From a virus, in IMG/VR virus record IMGVR_UViG_3300044846_002555, positions 1 through 64,000 of that record: a stretch of 64,000 bases of DNA. One strand, 5' to 3'. Under the pieces are notes generated by a model, which was not told where the DNA came from, ran no database searches, and saw only the letters and a program-made list of their open reading frames with translations. The position numbers and the translations under genes are program-made. Positions 30,238 through 39,399 of this stretch are shown here, piece after piece. Each line of letters begins with the position of its first letter. Position 1 is the stretch's first letter.

Positions 30238-31275
30238 ATGCCATTACCAAATAAAATAAAGAAAACAATTCCGTTAACATTTCCAAAAACTCTTTACCCA
30301 AGAAGAGAACAACTATTGGAAAAAATTAATAAAGACGGAACTTATTTACCAAAATCAATTTTACACGCCGATTTGGATGGGGGTATGTTAAATTTTGTTC
30401 AAAATGAATTAGAAACAATTGTGGAAGGTAAAGTTATCCCAATGGTTGATATCATTATTACTTCACAAAACTGGTCACAATTTACAGAAACTTGGAATTT
30501 TCAAGATTTGGACTCAAACGTTTCCCCTCCGTTTATTACAGTTGTAAGAAACCCGGAAGTTAAATTCGGAACAAATCCTGCGTTACTATATAACATACCA
30601 AACAGAAAACAATATTTTTATGCTCAAGTTCCAACTTGGGATGGAAATAGAAACGGTATGGATATATACAAAATACCTCAACCTGTTCCTGTTGATATTA
30701 CATATAGTGTTAAAATAATTTGTAATAGAATGAGAGAATTAAATGCTTTCAATAAAAATATTCTTGAAATGTTCGCATCTCGTCAAGCCTACACAACTAT
30801 CAAAGGTCATTATATTCCAATCATTATGAATAATATTACTGATGAGTCAGTTATGAATATTGATAAAAGAAAATATTATATTCAAAGTTATGATTTTACA
30901 ATGTTAGGTTTCTTAATTGATGAAAATGAATTTGAGGTTGCTCCCGCAGTTTCAAGAGTTTTAACGGTTGTTGAATTTGAAAAAGAATCGTTCACTCGTG
31001 GACGAAGAAAAAATATTACTGACGAATCTACTGTTAGTAATTTTTTATTTGTTGCAGGGAACAATATTTTATCACAAATTTTTGATTACACAGTTGATTT
31101 AAATTTAGGTGAAACAACTAATATTGATTCATTTGACGTGTATCTAAATAATCAATATTATGGTACTGATTTATTTCAAATTCAGATAAACACAAATGAT
31201 GTTTTAAAAATCATAGTGGTTAAAAATGATGACTCAAAAGAAGGTATTATTGAGTTAAATAATGAAATAGTTTAG
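30238..31275 (+). CDS. Tail completion/terminator protein (gp15-like)
   Basis: PQPVPVDITYSVKI motif; lies upstream of the sheath gene. Confidence 0.55.
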   Translation: MPLPNKIKKTIPLTFPKTLYPRREQLLEKINKDGTYLPKSILHADLDGGMLNFVQNELETIVEGKVIPMVDIIITSQNWSQFTETWNFQDLDSNVSPPFITVVRNPEVKFGTNPALLYNIPNRKQYFYAQVPTWDGNRNGMDIYKIPQPVPVDITYSVKIICNRMRELNAFNKNILEMFASRQAYTTIKGHYIPIIMNNITDESVMNIDKRKYYIQSYDFTMLGFLIDENEFEVAPAVSRVLTVVEFEKESFTRGRRKNITDESTVSNFLFVAGNNILSQIFDYTVDLNLGETTNIDSFDVYLNNQYYGTDLFQIQINTNDVLKIIVVKNDDSKEGIIELNNEIV

Positions 31276-31436
31276 TTTTCACCATAAATATCCTTCTTTT
31301 CCTTACATTGGTCTATAATCATTCTTTCTAAAAAACGATACATTTTTATTCCCCTCTTTTCACAATAGGTCTTTAGGATACTATGAACCTCGATTGATAT
31401 CTTTAGGTTCTTAATTTTTTTTTCGTTATCTGCCAT
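31272..31436 (-). CDS. 54-aa ribbon-helix-helix-like DNA-binding protein (not in ORF track)
   Basis: Manual translation MADNEKKIKNLKISIEVHSILKTYCEKRGIKMYRFLERMIIDQCKEKKDIYGEN; fills the gap; TATTTAT upstream on the minus strand. Confidence 0.75.
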   Translation of the reverse strand: MADNEKKIKNLKISIEVHSILKTYCEKRGIKMYRFLERMIIDQCKEKKDIYGEN

Positions 31437-31465
31437 GGTAGAATAAAGGCAGAATTTATTCTACC
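31437..31465. promoter_or_regulatory. 11-bp perfect inverted repeat, putative operator
   Basis: GGTAGAATAAA-GGCAGAA-TTTATTCTACC abutting the start codon of the RHH gene. Confidence 0.55.
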
Positions 31466-31559
31466 TAATTTATAAATACTTCTTAAGAAGTAAAGTATTT
31501 TGGTTTTTTTGATAATATTTATCAATAAAAATAAATTTACAAATTAAAAAGACAAACTA

Positions 31560-34500
31560 ATGGCATCAAATCAAAAAGTATTCGTATCTCCCGGAGTATA
31601 TACTTCTGAAGTTGATTTAAGTTTCGTAGCACAAAGTGTGGGAGTTACCACGTTGGGTATTGTGGGTGAGACCTTAAAAGGTCCTGCTTTCGAACCTATT
31701 TTTATACGAAATTTTGATGAATTCACAAATTTCTTCGGTGGAACTTCTCCAGAAAAATTTATAAATACACAAATTCCAAAGTACGAAGCGGCTTATATTG
31801 CTAAATCATACTTACAACAATCTAACCAATTATTCGTAACGAGAGTTTTAGGATTATCCGGTTATGATGCAGGACCATCTTGGTCTATAACAACAAAAGC
31901 GAATGTTAACCCGACAACGGTTGATTTCTTTTGTGAAAGTGCTACAACTGAGAATTGTATAACTGAGTGTATTGACTTTAAAACAATTAATTATTCTATT
32001 GAATTCTCGGCGTGTACTAACAGTATTGATAGTATAGTGTTTACAAACACATCTAATTTAGCACCTGAGATTTCTTCAATATTAAACGAACCTTACGAAC
32101 AATTCGATGGTAGTATAAGTACGTTGTATACTGATTTCTCTAGACAAATTTTTGACGTAGTTTCAACACCGGCAAAAGAGGATACTTCAATTTATTACTA
32201 CGGAGCAATACCAACAAGTGTTTATTCAGGATTAAGTGAGGTGTATACAGGTGAAACAAATGTTTACGAAGTTGATAATGTAAGTGCTAATTTATGTAAT
32301 TACTCAGCACCACAAAATGACCCTTGGTATTACTCATTATTTGATAATGTTGGTAATGCCGCTTACACAGGATTTTCATTTTGGTCAGTTGTGACAGGAT
32401 TAACATTGACACCTATTATTACAACTACAACGTCTACGTCAACAACAACTACTACAACTGACCCATGTACAACTACAACATCAACATCAACCACTTCAAC
32501 AACAACGGCTAGACCTACACATTGTTATACAGGTACATTGATAGGTGTTATTTATGTCTATTCGGGAACCGCATATACTGATTATGATGATTTAGTAATT
32601 GCTACATTACGTTCAAGAGGTCTTTCAACATATGGTTTAGATGATGGTCCGGTTTATGAAGTATCAGGTTTAACTGATGTTAGTTTAGATTGTACAGGAA
32701 CATATTCAGGTGTAACTAAAAACCCATTTTCAACTTTTGGTGTTAACATCACAAGTAAAGATGGTGACCAATATTTCTTTGAAACATCCTTCTCAAACTC
32801 TGACCCTAAATATATAAGTAAAGTATTTGGAGCGTCTAACTTCTCTAAACCAAGAACAGTAGTTCCATTATTTGTTGAAGAAAGATTCCAAGCTTTATTA
32901 ACAAATGCTTGGAGAATGGGTTATATTAGAGGTTTAAATTGTGAATTAACCGCTTTACCTGACGCACGTCAAGCAATTGACCCAACATCAATAGCATTTT
33001 ATTTAGAGAAATATCAATCTCCGGTATCACCTTGGGTTGTTTCTGAATTAAGAGGTAATAAAGTTTATAACTTATTTAAATTTACAACTATTGCTGATGG
33101 TGATTCTGCTAACGTTGATATTAAAATATCGTTAGCTAATATGTCATTTAACAACGGTACTTTTGATGTATTGATTAGAGATTTCTTTGATACTGATTCT
33201 GCTCCGGTGGTTCTTGAAAAATATACTAACTGTACAATGAACCCTCAAGATAATTCATTCGTAGGTAAGAAAATTGGTAGTTTAGATGGTGAATATCCAT
33301 TATTATCAAGTTATGTTATGGTTGAGATGAATGAGGATGCTCCGATAGACGCACTTCCTTGTGGATTCTTGGGTTATGATTATAGAGAATATGCTGGTGT
33401 TAGACCACCATTCCCATTAATTAAAGCTAAATACTATTATCCTGGTGAGGTAGTTTATAATCCACCATTTGGTTTAGCATCAGGTGCGGACGATACTACT
33501 ACAAGTGCGGGTGATAATGTAAGAAGAACTTATTTAGGTATCTCTGATACTGAAGGTATTGATGTTGACTTCTTCCAATATAAAGGTAATCAACTTCCTT
33601 TAGATATATGTAACGATACTGAAGGTAATCCTTGGAACTTTAGAACTAGAGGATTCCACATGGATGAAAATGCAACAGGTATTACAATACCTAATGTATT
33701 TGTAACTAGTGGTACACCGGCGTTCTTCTGTGGTGACGCACCATTTACATCAGACCCTGATAACCCTGAAAATCCTTACTATAGAATTTTTGCACGTAAA
33801 TTTACTTTACTTGTTAAAGGAGGTTTTGATGGATGGGATATCTACAGAGAATTTAGAACAAATACTGATAGATTTGTATTAGGTAGAGCAGGTTATTTAA
33901 GAGGAGCTTGTCCAACACCAAGATACCCTACCGCAACAGGTTGGGGGGCATTCAAACAAATTAGTGTAGCGGGTAATACTCAAGATTTTGCGAACACCGA
34001 TTATTACGCTTATTTATTAGGTCAAGAAACATTTGCAAATCCTGAAGCAGTAAACATTAACGTGTTTGTTACACCGGGTATTGATTATGTTAATAACTCT
34101 AATTTAGTTGAAAACGCAATCGATATGATTGAATTTAGTAGAGCAGATTCATTGTACGTTTGTACAACACCTGACTACAATATGTATGTTCCTTCAACAG
34201 GTAATCAATTTGACTTTATTTACCCACAAGAGGCTGTAGATAATTTAGCAAATTCAGGTATTGATTCTAACTACACGGCGACTTACTACCCTTGGGTATT
34301 AATGAGAGATACAGTTAACAATACACAAATTTACTTACCAGCAACTGCTGAGGTAACGAGAAACTTAGCGTTAACAGACAACATCGCTTATCCTTGGTTC
34401 GCAGCTGCGGGTTACACGAGAGGTATTGTAAATGCTGTTAAAGCGAGAATTAAACTGACTCAAGAAAATAGAGATACTCTATATCAAGGTCGTTTAAATC

Positions 34501-34886
34501 CAATTGCTACCTTCTCTGATGTTGGAACAGTTATTTGGGGTAACAAAACTCTTCAAATTAGACAATCGGCACTTGATAGAATCAACGTAAGAAGATTATT
34601 ACTTCAAGCTCGTAAATTAATATCTGCTGTTTCTGTTAGATTATTATTCGAACAAAACGATGCTAAAGTAAGACAAGATTTCTTGGATTCTGTTAACCCA
34701 ATATTAGATTCGATTAGAAGAGATAGAGGTCTTTACGATTTCCGTGTAACTGTTTCGTCTGACGCAGCTGATATAGACAGAAATCAAATGACAGGTAAGA
34801 TTTACATCAAACCAACCAAATCGTTAGAATTTATAGACATTACGTTCTATATCACTCCAACAGGTGCATCTTTCGAGAATATATAA
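31560..34886 (+). CDS. Contractile tail sheath protein
   Basis: VSPGVYTSEVD, KGP, PWFAAAGYTRG, WGNKTLQ, RINVRRL, IKPTKSLEFI. Confidence 0.95.
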   Translation: MASNQKVFVSPGVYTSEVDLSFVAQSVGVTTLGIVGETLKGPAFEPIFIRNFDEFTNFFGGTSPEKFINTQIPKYEAAYIAKSYLQQSNQLFVTRVLGLSGYDAGPSWSITTKANVNPTTVDFFCESATTENCITECIDFKTINYSIEFSACTNSIDSIVFTNTSNLAPEISSILNEPYEQFDGSISTLYTDFSRQIFDVVSTPAKEDTSIYYYGAIPTSVYSGLSEVYTGETNVYEVDNVSANLCNYSAPQNDPWYYSLFDNVGNAAYTGFSFWSVVTGLTLTPIITTTTSTSTTTTTTDPCTTTTSTSTTSTTTARPTHCYTGTLIGVIYVYSGTAYTDYDDLVIATLRSRGLSTYGLDDGPVYEVSGLTDVSLDCTGTYSGVTKNPFSTFGVNITSKDGDQYFFETSFSNSDPKYISKVFGASNFSKPRTVVPLFVEERFQALLTNAWRMGYIRGLNCELTALPDARQAIDPTSIAFYLEKYQSPVSPWVVSELRGNKVYNLFKFTTIADGDSANVDIKISLANMSFNNGTFDVLIRDFFDTDSAPVVLEKYTNCTMNPQDNSFVGKKIGSLDGEYPLLSSYVMVEMNEDAPIDALPCGFLGYDYREYAGVRPPFPLIKAKYYYPGEVVYNPPFGLASGADDTTTSAGDNVRRTYLGISDTEGIDVDFFQYKGNQLPLDICNDTEGNPWNFRTRGFHMDENATGITIPNVFVTSGTPAFFCGDAPFTSDPDNPENPYYRIFARKFTLLVKGGFDGWDIYREFRTNTDRFVLGRAGYLRGACPTPRYPTATGWGAFKQISVAGNTQDFANTDYYAYLLGQETFANPEAVNINVFVTPGIDYVNNSNLVENAIDMIEFSRADSLYVCTTPDYNMYVPSTGNQFDFIYPQEAVDNLANSGIDSNYTATYYPWVLMRDTVNNTQIYLPATAEVTRNLALTDNIAYPWFAAAGYTRGIVNAVKARIKLTQENRDTLYQGRLNPIATFSDVGTVIWGNKTLQIRQSALDRINVRRLLLQARKLISAVSVRLLFEQNDAKVRQDFLDSVNPILDSIRRDRGLYDFRVTVSSDAADIDRNQMTGKIYIKPTKSLEFIDITFYITPTGASFENI

Positions 34887-34893
34887 TAAATAA

Positions 34894-34926
34894 AATTATG
34901 ACCCATTGTAATAGTGGGTCATAATT
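34894..34926 (+). terminator. Stem-loop after the sheath gene (terminator or processing site)
   Basis: AATTATGACCCA-N9-TGGGTCATAATT; no U tract. Confidence 0.55.
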
Positions 34927-34942
34927 AAGCCAAATAACAATT

Positions 34943-35764
34943 ATGTTTAATAAAAAAATTTTAAAAGAAGGTATTGACGACGCAGGAGCTCCTGATGAAA
35001 AATACTACGCATTTGATTGGGATGATAACATTGTTACAATGCCAACTAAAATTATTTTAAAAGATGATGAAGGTCGTGAAGTAGGTATGTCTACTGAAGA
35101 TTTTGCGGATTATAGAACGGAGATTGGTAATCAACCATTCGAGTATAATGACCATACTATTGTTGGTTTTGCGGATGAACCTTTCAGATATTTCCGGGAT
35201 AAAGGTGATAAACAATTTATTGTTGACGCTATGTTAGCAAAACCAGGTCCTGCTTGGCCTGATTTCGTTGAAGCAATTAATAATGGGTCAATTTTTTCGA
35301 TTGTTACCGCAAGAGGTCACAACCCTAACGTACTTAAACAAGGTGTTTACAATTATATTGTTTCAAACACAAACGGTATAAATTCTAATGAACTAATTAA
35401 GAATTTAGAAAAATATCGTGATTTGGCGGATGAAGAAGAAATATCTAAATCAGAAATGATAAAAGAATATTTAGATATGTGTCGTTTTTATCCGGTGTCT
35501 TTTGGTGAGGGTTCAGCAACAAATCCGGAAGAAGGTAAAATTAAAGCTTTAAAAGAATTTGTTCAATATGTTAAAGATGTTTCAAAAAGAATTCAGAAAA
35601 AAGCTTTCTTAAAAAACAAAATTAGTAATTATTTTGTACCTAAAGTAGGATTTTCAGATGATGATGTAAGAAATGTGGATGTAGTTAAAAAACATTTTGA
35701 GCAAGACCCAGAAAATATTATTAAAACTTATTCAACAGCAGGAGGAATAAAAAAAGAATATTAA
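34943..35764 (+). CDS. HAD-superfamily protein
   Basis: FDWDDNI (motif I), IVTARG (II), K (III), GFSDDD (IV). Confidence 0.7.
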   Translation: MFNKKILKEGIDDAGAPDEKYYAFDWDDNIVTMPTKIILKDDEGREVGMSTEDFADYRTEIGNQPFEYNDHTIVGFADEPFRYFRDKGDKQFIVDAMLAKPGPAWPDFVEAINNGSIFSIVTARGHNPNVLKQGVYNYIVSNTNGINSNELIKNLEKYRDLADEEEISKSEMIKEYLDMCRFYPVSFGEGSATNPEEGKIKALKEFVQYVKDVSKRIQKKAFLKNKISNYFVPKVGFSDDDVRNVDVVKKHFEQDPENIIKTYSTAGGIKKEY

Positions 35765-35782
35765 ATAGTTATAATAAATAAG

Positions 35783-35826
35783 AACTAGAAAAACTAGTAA
35801 ATTAAAACTAGTATTAAATAAACTAG
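35783..35826. repeat. Four AACTAG direct repeats in an AT-rich intergenic region
   Basis: Copies at 35783, 35792, 35806 and 35821. Confidence 0.75.
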
Positions 35827-35837
35827 ACTGGAAGAGA

Positions 35838-35866
35838 ATGATAATAAATTAAATTCTAAAAGTCAA
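35838..35866 (-). promoter_or_regulatory. Orphan sigma70-like promoter, antisense orientation
   Basis: TTGACT-17 bp-TATCAT on the minus strand with no downstream minus-strand ORF. Confidence 0.5.
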
Positions 35867-35936
35867 CTAAAATATTTTTTAAATAGTGATATTTATTAAA
35901 TAAAGATAAAATAAATAAAATTAAAAACAAATTGAA

Positions 35937-36425
35937 ATGGCTGATTTATTAATGAAAATGCCCATACCTTACGAACCTAAAAGACAAAATAGGTTTATAT
36001 TACGTTTTCCTTCAACATTAGGGATTAATGAATGGTTCGTAGAATCGGCAGCAAGACCAAAAATAACAATTAATCCTGTTGCGATTCCATTTTTAAACAC
36101 TGAAACATATGTTGCCGGTCGTTTTACTTGGGGTACAATAAATGTTAAATTCCGTGACCCAATTGGACCTTCTGCGTCTCAGGCACTTATGGAATGGGTA
36201 CGTTTATGTGCAGAATCAGTTACCGGACGTATGGGGTATGCTGCGGGTTATAAAAAGAATGTTGACCTTGAGATGTTAGACCCAACGGGTGTAGTTGTTG
36301 AGAAATGGATATTAGAAGGAACTTTCTTATCTGATGTTAACTTTGATTCGTTGGCGTATAGTACAGACGCTTTAGCGACAATATCAGCGGTATTACGTAT
36401 GGATAGATGTATATTAGTTTACTAA
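35937..36425 (+). CDS. Tail tube protein (gp19-like)
   Basis: EPKRQNRF, YVAGRFTWGTINVKFRD, EW, YKKNVDLEMLDP. Confidence 0.9.
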   Translation: MADLLMKMPIPYEPKRQNRFILRFPSTLGINEWFVESAARPKITINPVAIPFLNTETYVAGRFTWGTINVKFRDPIGPSASQALMEWVRLCAESVTGRMGYAAGYKKNVDLEMLDPTGVVVEKWILEGTFLSDVNFDSLAYSTDALATISAVLRMDRCILVY

Positions 36426-36450
36426 AAAATACTTTATATTTAAAATTAAG

Positions 36451-36481
36451 AATCCACATATCAAAAATATGTGGATTTTTT
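36451..36481 (+). terminator. Intrinsic terminator
   Basis: AATCCACATAT-CAAAA-ATATGTGGATT followed by a T run. Confidence 0.85.
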
Positions 36482-36538
36482 ATTAACTATTGATAAAAAA
36501 ACATATACGATTATATTTTATAATAAAAACAAATTTAT

Positions 36539-37294
36539 ATGGACGAAAGTTTAATTAATGCAGCAACAGAAAATTTCACATTACCACATGACGTGGTATC
36601 ATTACCGAGTGGTGGAATTTTTTATAAATCTAAGAAAAAATCGGTTAAAGTAGGTTATTTAACGGCATCTGATGAAAATTATTTGATTGGTGCAATGGCT
36701 GGTAAAGAAAATATTGTATTTACTTTATTAAGAAATAAATTATATGAACATGATTTACGTCCTGAAGAATTAATGGATGGTGATGTTGAAGCAATTTTAA
36801 TCTTTTTAAGAAATACTTCTTTTGGTCCGGAATATACAATTAATTTAATTGACCCAAGTACTAGTAAAACTTTTTCACACACTGTTGTCTTGGATGAATT
36901 AAATATTAAACAATGTAAACATCAACCTGATGAAAATGGTTTTTTTACTACAACATTACCTAAAACAGGTGTAACAATTAAATTAAGACCTACCACTTTT
37001 CATGACACTATTGAGTTGGATAAAATGGTTGAACAATATCCCGTGGGAAGACAAGCGCCAAGAATAACTTGGAAATTACAAAAACAAATTGTTGAGATTG
37101 ATGGTGATAACGATAGAGGTAAAATAGCGATGTTTGTTGATACTTTACCTATTATGGACTCTAAATACATAAGAACTTTTTTAAGAGAAAATGAACCGTC
37201 ATTAGACCTTAAAAGAACTGCAACCGCCCCATCAGGAGAATTGGTATCTTACGAGATAACCTTTGGGGTTGAGTTTTTTCGGCCTTTCTTTTAA
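36539..37294 (+). CDS. Tail/baseplate assembly chaperone (T4 gp26-like)
   Basis: LPSGG.FY, YLTASDE, GD..AILIFLR...FG..Y, ends FGVEFFRPFF; located between tube and tape measure. Confidence 0.75.
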   Translation: MDESLINAATENFTLPHDVVSLPSGGIFYKSKKKSVKVGYLTASDENYLIGAMAGKENIVFTLLRNKLYEHDLRPEELMDGDVEAILIFLRNTSFGPEYTINLIDPSTSKTFSHTVVLDELNIKQCKHQPDENGFFTTTLPKTGVTIKLRPTTFHDTIELDKMVEQYPVGRQAPRITWKLQKQIVEIDGDNDRGKIAMFVDTLPIMDSKYIRTFLRENEPSLDLKRTATAPSGELVSYEITFGVEFFRPFF

Positions 37295-37436
37295 CTATCG
37301 ACAACTACTAATTGAGGAATATTATTTGATGGCTAAATTTATAAGAACATCATATAGTGACTTCAACGAGATGCCTACTTATGTTAGGAAATTTTTAATA
37401 AACAGAATTCTAGAAGATAATACACCAAAGACCTAA
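37278..37436 (+). CDS. +1-frame extension of the chaperone (gp51-like peptide), probably reached by frameshifting
   Basis: +1 frame open 37260-37436: FGLSFNYRQLLIEEYYLMAKFIRTSYSDFNEMPTYVRKFLINRILEDNTPKT. Confidence 0.65.
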   Translation, partial: FGLSFNYRQLLIEEYYLMAKFIRTSYSDFNEMPTYVRKFLINRILEDNTPKT

Positions 37437-37481
37437 ATTAAAATATGTCTTTGGTGTATTTATTTATAAAACAAATTTAAT

Positions 37482-39362
37482 ATGCAAGATGCAAGTAGTT
37501 TAGACGCTAGTGGTCAAAAAGGTAAAGATATTCTTGATTCGTTCGGTAAAGCTTTATTAAGTAATTTTCAAACCGAAGCAGTTGGTAAAGTCGTTGCCGA
37601 ACTTGATAAAGGGGCTAGTACCCTTTTAAAACAATTTGGTGTTGGTCAAGAAATGGCTCAAACATTAAGAGCCACTATGGCTGATGCGGTTACTGGTGTT
37701 AGAACTTTAGGTGGGGATATTGATGCGGTTATTAAAACACAAATGGAGGCTTCAAAAGCTTTACAACGAAACGTAATATTATCTGCGGAAGTAAATAAAG
37801 ACCTTTATGCAACAGTGAAAGTAACAGGTCAAGAAGTTGGTACGTTAGTATCAGGATTTAAAGATGTTGGAATTGGTGCGGGACGAGTTGCGGGTGAAAT
37901 GAAAAAAGTTGTTGATATTGCTACTCAGTCAGGTGTAAACGCCGCAGATGTTTCGGCAAAAGTTTTACAAAATATGGATGCCCTAAACAAATATAATTTT
38001 GAAGGAGGAGTATCCGGTTTGGCTAAAATGGCTGCTCAAGCGAGTTTATTAAGAATTGATATGAGTCAAACATTGGCGTTTGCGGAAAAAGTATTTGACC
38101 CGGAAGGGGCTATTGAAATGGCTGCGGCAATGCAAAGATTAGGTGTTTCTCAAAGTAGTTTACTTGACCCACTTAAAATGATGGATTTAGCTCAAAATGA
38201 CCCGGCTGAATTACAAAACCAAATTGCTCAAATGAGTAAACAATTTGTTCAATTAGGTAAAGACGGTAATTTTGAAATTATGCCGGGGGCGAAACGTCAA
38301 ATGAGAGAAATATCCAAAGCGATGGGTATACCTTATGAACAATTGACTAAAATGGCGTTAGGTAGTGCTGAATTAGAGGATAAAATGAGTAAAATTCGTT
38401 TTCCTGATTTACCGGGCTTAGATGAAGATAAGCAAAAAATGATAGCCAATATGGCTGAAATGGGTGCTGGAGGTAAATATGAAGTTCAAGTCAAAGATGA
38501 ACAAACAGGTGAAACTATTACCAAAGCCCTTGACCAATTAAATGAAAAAGATGTTGCAAATCTTGAAAAAATGGCTAATACCGCTCCAAAAACAATGGAG
38601 GAATTAGCTGTTAGTCAATTAAGTGTTACAGAAAAAATGGCTGCGGATATTAAATCATTGGCAGACCAAACAGGTTTAGGGGCTGCAAGAACTAAAGCGA
38701 TGGGTACTGGTATAAATTTTCTTAGAGATACTTCAACCGCAGTTAGAAAAACACTTTCACCAAAAGAGATGAGTACAAAAAATCTTGCGTCATCAATTGA
38801 CTCAGGTATAGATAAAAATTTAGATGTTCTTAAAAGATTAACAGATGGTGAGATAAGTGCTGGTGAGGCAAGAAAAGAAGTTGGGGAAAATTTAAAAAAA
38901 TTAGGGTCATTACTTAATTCTGCTTATGAAACCGGAATGAAAAACGCCCAAATCGAATCTGAAAAAATAAAAAATGATTACCCTGTGATTGACCAACTTA
39001 AAAAACTTTTATCGGGTGATATAAGTAAGATAGAAAGTAATAAGAAACAGGAAACAAATATTACTCAAACAGAAATTAGTAATGTTAGAAATGCCTCAAC
39101 AATTCCTACTAATACATCACAAACAGCAACTAATCCATCTACTGATAGACCAATTGAAATAACATTAAATCACAATATAGATTTAAAAACAACAGGTAAT
39201 GTTGACACTAACCAAATAGTAATGGCTCTTAAAAATACTGACGTTCAACAAGGTATGGTCGGAGCGTTAAAAGAGGCGATGTATAGTAATGGTTTAATGG
39301 CTCCAACCGCAAACAAAACACAATTAATGAATAGTAATATTAGTGCGAGTTCATTAGCATAA
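37482..39362 (+). CDS. Tape measure protein
   Basis: Helical Ala/Met/Gln/Lys-rich 626 aa, in the canonical position after tube and chaperone. Confidence 0.75.
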   Translation: MQDASSLDASGQKGKDILDSFGKALLSNFQTEAVGKVVAELDKGASTLLKQFGVGQEMAQTLRATMADAVTGVRTLGGDIDAVIKTQMEASKALQRNVILSAEVNKDLYATVKVTGQEVGTLVSGFKDVGIGAGRVAGEMKKVVDIATQSGVNAADVSAKVLQNMDALNKYNFEGGVSGLAKMAAQASLLRIDMSQTLAFAEKVFDPEGAIEMAAAMQRLGVSQSSLLDPLKMMDLAQNDPAELQNQIAQMSKQFVQLGKDGNFEIMPGAKRQMREISKAMGIPYEQLTKMALGSAELEDKMSKIRFPDLPGLDEDKQKMIANMAEMGAGGKYEVQVKDEQTGETITKALDQLNEKDVANLEKMANTAPKTMEELAVSQLSVTEKMAADIKSLADQTGLGAARTKAMGTGINFLRDTSTAVRKTLSPKEMSTKNLASSIDSGIDKNLDVLKRLTDGEISAGEARKEVGENLKKLGSLLNSAYETGMKNAQIESEKIKNDYPVIDQLKKLLSGDISKIESNKKQETNITQTEISNVRNASTIPTNTSQTATNPSTDRPIEITLNHNIDLKTTGNVDTNQIVMALKNTDVQQGMVGALKEAMYSNGLMAPTANKTQLMNSNISASSLA

Positions 39363-39399
39363 AATAAAGTACAATCTATTTATAGGTAAATCAGAATAT

